Below, in pieces: positions 23,218 through 27,691 of a stretch of DNA of 27,691 bases. Position numbers and translations under genes: made by a program. The notes below the pieces were generated by a model. It had not been told where the DNA came from. It made no database searches and worked only from the letters and a program-made list of their open reading frames with translations. Source of the DNA: a virus. Taxonomy: Duplodnaviria > Caudoviricetes. Position 1 is the stretch's first letter; each line of letters begins with the position of its first letter. The stretch is from positions 1 through 27,691 of the IMG/VR virus record IMGVR_UViG_3300032216_000917; one strand, 5' to 3'.

Positions 23218-25325
23218 ATCCAGTATTGCAAGCAGCGCTCGCATTTGCCGAGGCAGGTGTCTCGGTTGTGCCAGCATCGATGGATGGATCGAAAGCGCCG
23301 ATTGGCTCTTGGAAGAAGTATCAGCTCGCGCCAGCCGACCACGAACAGTTGGTGAATTGGTTCTCAGGTAATGCAACAGGCTTGGGAATCGTCACTGGAT
23401 TCGTCAGTGGCAATCTTGAAATGGTTGAACTTGAAGGTCGAGCAGTGGCAGAAGGTTGCCTCGATGAAATCAGAGAAATCGCAATCAACTCAGGGCTTGA
23501 AGAGCTGTGGACAATCATCTCCACTGGCTATGTCGAGCGCACTCCATCAGGAGGAATCCATTTCCTTTGGAGAATCGCAGATGAGCCAGTTCCAGGCAAC
23601 ACCAAACTTGCTCGCCGACCAGGAGAGAACGATTCAGTCTTGGTCTATGCCGAGACAAGAGGCGAAGGGGGATTTGTAGTCACAGCGCCTTCTCATGGAT
23701 CAGTGCATCCATCGGGTCAGCCTTGGCAGTTGCTTGTCGGCTCACCTGCCTCAATTCCGATGCTTTCATGGGAAGAGCGCGAGGCGATGATTTCAGTCTT
23801 CAGATCAATTGACTCCATGCCAGAGCGCGAAGCAATTGTGAATTCACTATCGACTCACTCGCAATCAACTGGAGAAAAGCCAGGTGATGACTTCAACAAC
23901 AAAGGCGATTGGCAAGAAATCCTGAAGGGTTGGAAGAAGGTCTTCACAGCAGGGGGTGTGACTTACTGGCGCAGACCAGGCAAAGACACAGGAATCTCGG
24001 CAACAACTGGGCGCAACGATGCGGACAATCTCTATGTCTTCACATCATCGACAACATTCGAGCAGGAAAAGCCCTATTCAAAGTTCGCAGCATTTGCACA
24101 CCTTGAACATGGCGATGACTTCTCAGCTGCTGCAAAAGACCTGCGCTCTCGTGGCTATGGATCACAATCTTCTTCCTTACCTAGTATCAGCGAACTGCAA
24201 GAGCTGAAAATAAAGCCAAGCCTGACAGTTGTTCCCGATGTCGATTCAGATCATGTCGAGCAGGTCAGAGAACGCTCTAGTTGGTATCCAAAGCCTCTCG
24301 ACCTTGAAGGGGAGATTGAAGTGCCAGCGCCTGAATTCCTTTCACGCAATGATGGTCATCGCCTCTTCTATCGTGGCAAAATCAACGCACTCCTTGGCGA
24401 ATCAGAATCGGGCAAGACTTGGGTTGCACTTCTTGCAGTCAAGCAAGCGTTGGAAATTGCGCAAAGGGTCATCTATCTCGATTTTGAAGATTCAAGCAAA
24501 GGCATCTTGGCTCGACTTCGCTCACTCGGCGTTGAAGATAAGCGATTCGCCAATTTCACCTATGCCAACCCAGACCAGAATCTCACTCTCGAAGAGAGAA
24601 TCGACCTAGTGGATGCGCTCGCAGAGATTCAGCCAGAACTCATCATTGTCGATGGGGTCAACGCTGCCATGACTTTGCTCAATCTCGAACTCACCAGCAA
24701 TCGCGATGCGACATTCTTCAGCCAGCAACTTCTCAAGCCTCTGGCGGGTTCTGGCGCGTGTGTCATCACCATCGATCATGTGCCGAAGTCAAAGGACAAT
24801 CGCGGGAACTATGCCATTGGCGCTCAAGCCAAGCGAGCAGACATCAATGGTTGCGCCATCGCTGTCGAGGTCACTTTGCCATTTGGTCGAGGCATGAATG
24901 GAGAGCTGAATCTGAAGGTGACAAAAGACCGACCAGGAGCAGTTCGAGAGAACTCCAAAGAAGCCAAATTCGCTGGCACAGTCCAATTGAGATCCACCAT
25001 CGATGGAATGGTCACAATGGTCATTGAAAGCCCGCAAATGGCTTCTGGAGACCGCACAAGACCAACGCATCTGATGGAGCAGGTCAGCAAGACTCTTGAA
25101 GGTGCAGCAATGCCACTTTCCAAATCTGCTGTGATCAAGGAGGTCAAGGGCAAGACAGAATGGGTGATGATTGCGATTCAGAACCTCATCGATGAGAAAT
25201 ATGTTGTCATTGAGAACGGCTCTCGAAACGCTTTGAACCTCAAATCACTTCGCCCATATCGAGAAGCTGATGATTCTGCCAGTGGCATTTCGACCTTTGA
25301 ATTCAAAGAAGTCGACAATGCGTGA
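23214..25325 (+). CDS. Bifunctional primase-polymerase fused to a RecA-like (AAA_25-type) helicase (start revised from 23163)
   Basis: GLGIVTG..ELE..RTPSGGIH..ETRGEGGFVVTAPS prim-pol motifs; Walker A GESESGKT, Walker B LIIVDG, IDH and KDR. Confidence 0.9.
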   Translation: MNPVLQAALAFAEAGVSVVPASMDGSKAPIGSWKKYQLAPADHEQLVNWFSGNATGLGIVTGFVSGNLEMVELEGRAVAEGCLDEIREIAINSGLEELWTIISTGYVERTPSGGIHFLWRIADEPVPGNTKLARRPGENDSVLVYAETRGEGGFVVTAPSHGSVHPSGQPWQLLVGSPASIPMLSWEEREAMISVFRSIDSMPEREAIVNSLSTHSQSTGEKPGDDFNNKGDWQEILKGWKKVFTAGGVTYWRRPGKDTGISATTGRNDADNLYVFTSSTTFEQEKPYSKFAAFAHLEHGDDFSAAAKDLRSRGYGSQSSSLPSISELQELKIKPSLTVVPDVDSDHVEQVRERSSWYPKPLDLEGEIEVPAPEFLSRNDGHRLFYRGKINALLGESESGKTWVALLAVKQALEIAQRVIYLDFEDSSKGILARLRSLGVEDKRFANFTYANPDQNLTLEERIDLVDALAEIQPELIIVDGVNAAMTLLNLELTSNRDATFFSQQLLKPLAGSGACVITIDHVPKSKDNRGNYAIGAQAKRADINGCAIAVEVTLPFGRGMNGELNLKVTKDRPGAVRENSKEAKFAGTVQLRSTIDGMVTMVIESPQMASGDRTRPTHLMEQVSKTLEGAAMPLSKSAVIKEVKGKTEWVMIAIQNLIDEKYVVIENGSRNALNLKSLRPYREADDSASGISTFEFKEVDNA

Positions 25326-25333
25326 CGATATTC

Positions 25334-25426
25334 TGACCCTTTCCCACCCTTTCCCACCCTTTCCCGAGAAAGGGTCAAGCACCCTTTCCCCATTTCCCCC
25401 CTCTATAGGGGGAAAGGGAAGGGGTC
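25334..25426. repeat. Iteron-like direct and inverted repeats, candidate replication origin
   Basis: ACCCTTTCCC at 25336, 25346, 25356 and 25381; inverted GAAAGGGTCA at 25368; TTTCCCCC-ctctata-GGGGGAAA palindrome. Confidence 0.75.
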
Positions 25427-25444
25427 GAAAGTTGAGCGTAAATC

Positions 25445-25786
25445 ATGTCTGAGTCATTCATTTCCACACTGCCTGTTTCCAAGCTCTGCGCCAGGTGCAA
25501 AGGTTGGATTCTCGAATGCTTCATCGATGGCTTTGAGACCAAACTTGAGCCGACTCCACTCAACTTCGCCGAAGAGCTGAAAATGAGATTTGAGGGCAGA
25601 AGGATCTATCAGACACTCGGCACTGTGGAGCCGATTCTCGTCAAGCGAACAGGCGCTCACATTGCCAAGGCTGATGAGCGAGCAAAAGTCTTGGCAGTTC
25701 ACAGTTGCAAGACCCCGACCTACTTCGAGCCATCCCCGCTCTTTGAAACCGCCACCCAATCCGAGACCGAAGGAATCCCATTTTAG
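25445..25786 (+). CDS. Hypothetical Zn-binding protein
   Basis: CARC..LEPTPL..GRRIY..VLAVHSC pattern. Confidence 0.7.
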   Translation: MSESFISTLPVSKLCARCKGWILECFIDGFETKLEPTPLNFAEELKMRFEGRRIYQTLGTVEPILVKRTGAHIAKADERAKVLAVHSCKTPTYFEPSPLFETATQSETEGIPF

Positions 25787-26551
25787 ATGACTGACACAAT
25801 CTGCACCCTTTGCAACAAGGTCGTTCAAGCTGCTGGACTTTGCCCTCGATGTCAGGGCAAGTTGCATCAGATGCTTGACGATTTGGGCGAGTTCTGGCTT
25901 GGCGCTCACGATGAGTTGTTGCCAGGCAAATCAGGAAATGGCGGCAGATCATCAGAACGCACAATCGGGCTGAATGTGGCAGCGCTGTCATTCATTGCAG
26001 GGCATGACATTCTTGGCTTCCTCCACGAATGGGAGAAGCTGATTCGAGAAGAGCGAAGCCTGACTCCACCAGCATTGATCAAGAAGCCTGAGTCACTAGG
26101 GGCAGAGATAGACGATGCCATCAAGTTCTCGCAGATTCATTTGGCGTGGTCAGGTCAGCAGGATTGGATTGCAGATTTTGCCTCAGAGTTGAAAGATATT
26201 CATTCTCAAGGAATGGGAGCAGCTCGAAAGTTTGTGGAGAAGACTCGGCGCATTCCATGTCCAGCAGAAACAGGCGAAGGCAGTTGCGGGAATCTCTTGA
26301 AGATAAACGCTGACGATCCATTGGCAATCTTTGATTGTCGCAAGTGCCAGAGCCAATGGACAACACTTCGCCTGGTGGCTGTTGCCATGAGCGATAAGCG
26401 AGCAGTGTGGCTTGATGCTGAGGCGCTTGCCAAGTGGATGGGAATCTCAGAACGCCATGTCAGGAGATTGGCTCAGAAATACAAACTTCCAAAGCGAGGC
26501 GAGTTGTATGAAGCCCATGCCATGATTGAGGCACAAGCACAACATGGTTGA
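25787..26551 (+). CDS. Zn-finger plus C-terminal HTH protein, putative late-gene regulator
   Basis: CTLC..CPRC, PCP..C..CRKC and DAEALAKWMGISERHVRRLA. Last gene of the early arm. Confidence 0.7.
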   Translation: MTDTICTLCNKVVQAAGLCPRCQGKLHQMLDDLGEFWLGAHDELLPGKSGNGGRSSERTIGLNVAALSFIAGHDILGFLHEWEKLIREERSLTPPALIKKPESLGAEIDDAIKFSQIHLAWSGQQDWIADFASELKDIHSQGMGAARKFVEKTRRIPCPAETGEGSCGNLLKINADDPLAIFDCRKCQSQWTTLRLVAVAMSDKRAVWLDAEALAKWMGISERHVRRLAQKYKLPKRGELYEAHAMIEAQAQHG

Positions 26552-26645
26552 TTTGACAAATCATGTCCGTATGTTGTGCTACGCTTCCGCGTGTCGGTGT
26601 GTCGTATCCACAGGCAATGTCTCATTGTGACCCTATCCTTCAAGT
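26549..26645 (+). promoter_or_regulatory. Candidate late promoter/operator region
   Basis: TGATTTG-A-CAAATCA palindrome containing TTGACA; TGnTACGCT; two GTGTCG; CAATG-tct-CATTG; TATCCT 6 nt before an SD-less ATG. Confidence 0.55.
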
Positions 26646-26798
26646 ATGGAACTACAAGATGAGACTGTTGAAGAAATCAATGAGGCATTGAGCCACATCG
26701 TTGATGTGCTTCACAATACTCGCGATTCACAAAAGAAACACTTGTGGGCTTTGGTCGATGAATTATTAGATGCAAAGATTGCAAGGGAATCGAAATGA
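26646..26798 (+). CDS. 50-aa helical protein, possibly leaderless (not in ORF track)
   Basis: MELQDETVEEINEALSHIVDVLHNTRDSQKKHLWALVDELLDAKIARESK*; ATGA overlap with the next gene. Confidence 0.7.
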   Translation: MELQDETVEEINEALSHIVDVLHNTRDSQKKHLWALVDELLDAKIARESK

Positions 26799-27328
26799 CA
26801 ACAATCGTAGCTGTGCAATCAAATGACGGCGTTCTCTTTGGTGCAGACTCTCAAGTAACTGCATCGAATGGCAGAAAGTATTCTGCAACACGAATGGTCA
26901 AGATTACTCAGCGCAATGATTACATCATCGCTGGTTCTGGTGAATGCGCTCCATGCGATATTGCTCAACACATTTGGATTCCACCAAAGCCAACTGTGAA
27001 AGATAAGCGCGACCTTTATCATTTCATGATTGCATCAGTTGTTCCATCACTCAAGCAATGCTTCAAGGATAACGATTACAAAGTAAATCCAGATGATGAT
27101 GAGACGGCGTTCTCATTCCTTGTTGCTATATGTGGCGAAGTCTTTGAGATAGCAGATGACTTCTCCATCTCTCTTGATGACTCAGGCTTCTATGGTGTAG
27201 GCAGTGGATCAGGTTATGCAATCGGCGCACTTCATGCAGGTGCAACAGTTGAGCAAGCGTTATCTATTGCAGCAAAGAATGATGCGTTCACATCCGCGCC
27301 ATTCATTTACATTGAACAAGAAAAGTAA
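26795..27328 (+). CDS. HslV/proteasome-beta-like Ntn threonine peptidase
   Basis: (M)TTIVAV N-terminus, Asp17 (GADSQVT), Lys35, AGSG and GVGSGSGYAIGAL motifs. Confidence 0.85.
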   Translation: MTTIVAVQSNDGVLFGADSQVTASNGRKYSATRMVKITQRNDYIIAGSGECAPCDIAQHIWIPPKPTVKDKRDLYHFMIASVVPSLKQCFKDNDYKVNPDDDETAFSFLVAICGEVFEIADDFSISLDDSGFYGVGSGSGYAIGALHAGATVEQALSIAAKNDAFTSAPFIYIEQEK

Positions 27329-27654
27329 TGTCTCCAAAGTTATCTTGTTTGGATTGTGGAATACCAACAGCAAAGTCTCGTTGTGAAAAATGCCAAGAAA
27401 TTTTCCTAGAAAATAAACCAAAGCGTGAGCGCCCATCATCAACGATGCGAGGCTATGATGCAGACTGGAACAAAGTCCGCACGATTGTTCTACGCAGAGA
27501 CAACTGGACTTGTGTGCGATGCAATAGAAAACTGATTGGTAGTGATGCCACAGTCGATCACATCATTGCCTTGTCTAATGGTGGCGAGCGACTAGCCCTA
27601 TCAAACTTGCAGTCTATGTGCAGGGCTTGCAACTCATCCAAAAAGAATCATTGA
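27328..27654 (+). CDS. HNH endonuclease, probably packaging-associated (HK97 gp74-like)
   Basis: RGYDADW..R..VLRRD..CVRC..ATVDHI..GG..NLQSMCRACNSSK pattern. Confidence 0.9.
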   Translation: MSPKLSCLDCGIPTAKSRCEKCQEIFLENKPKRERPSSTMRGYDADWNKVRTIVLRRDNWTCVRCNRKLIGSDATVDHIIALSNGGERLALSNLQSMCRACNSSKKNH

Positions 27655-27691
27655 TTTCATTTTCTGTTTTTTCTGTGCAGTGCGTACAGAC

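Larger units (their letters stand above)
1..27691 (+). mobile_element. Siphovirus-type phage genome segment, probably actinobacterial host
   Basis: Capsid, adaptor, tail tube, tape measure, lysin/holin, primase-helicase and HNH genes in phage order on one strand. WhiB points to Actinobacteria. No host housekeeping genes or integrase seen. Confidence 0.95.

Noticed and set aside
25336-25390. CRISPR array
   Set aside because: The 10-bp tandem units have no unique spacers.
25270-25452. 60-aa Pro-rich ORF across the repeats
   Set aside because: The translation merely mirrors the CCCTTT repeats; a cis-acting DNA element explains it better.
47-27442. Minus-strand and nested alternate-frame ORFs in the track
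   Set aside because: They shadow well-supported + strand genes and show no recognisable motifs.
27655-27691. cos site or terminator after the HNH gene
   Set aside because: The T-rich stretch has no clear preceding stem, and the window ends too soon to judge.

Overview
The window is most of the genome of a small siphovirus-type tailed phage, probably infecting an actinobacterium (WhiB regulator, M15 endolysin, actinophage-type prim-pol/helicase). All credible genes are on the + strand and many are coupled by ATGA/TAATG overlaps. Late arm (1-17905): end of an upstream gene, HK97-fold major capsid, a glycosyltransferase plus ~4 kb of Ser/Thr/Gly-rich putative virion-appendage genes before the head-tail adaptor, tail genes (tube, chaperone with a -1 frameshift, short tape measure, tip, Gly-rich fibre), lysis genes, then a nuclease-fold/DUF6378-like/glycosyltransferase/NDP-sugar epimerase cassette and a strong terminator. 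Early/replication arm (18102-26551): small ORFs, resolvase, WhiB-HTH, transglycosylase-like protein, Cas4/RecB-like exonuclease, SSB-like protein, a structured spacer with a D-armless tRNA-like element, primase-helicase, an iteron-like ori candidate and a Zn-finger/HTH regulator. The window ends with a candidate late promoter, an HslV-like peptidase and an HNH nuclease. No integrase, repressor, terminase, portal or replicative DNA polymerase was recognised. Best leads: the tRNA-like RNA with an adjacent bistable hairpin (22502-22633) and a probable virion glycosylation system. All calls are by-eye motif recognition and synteny; no searches were run.
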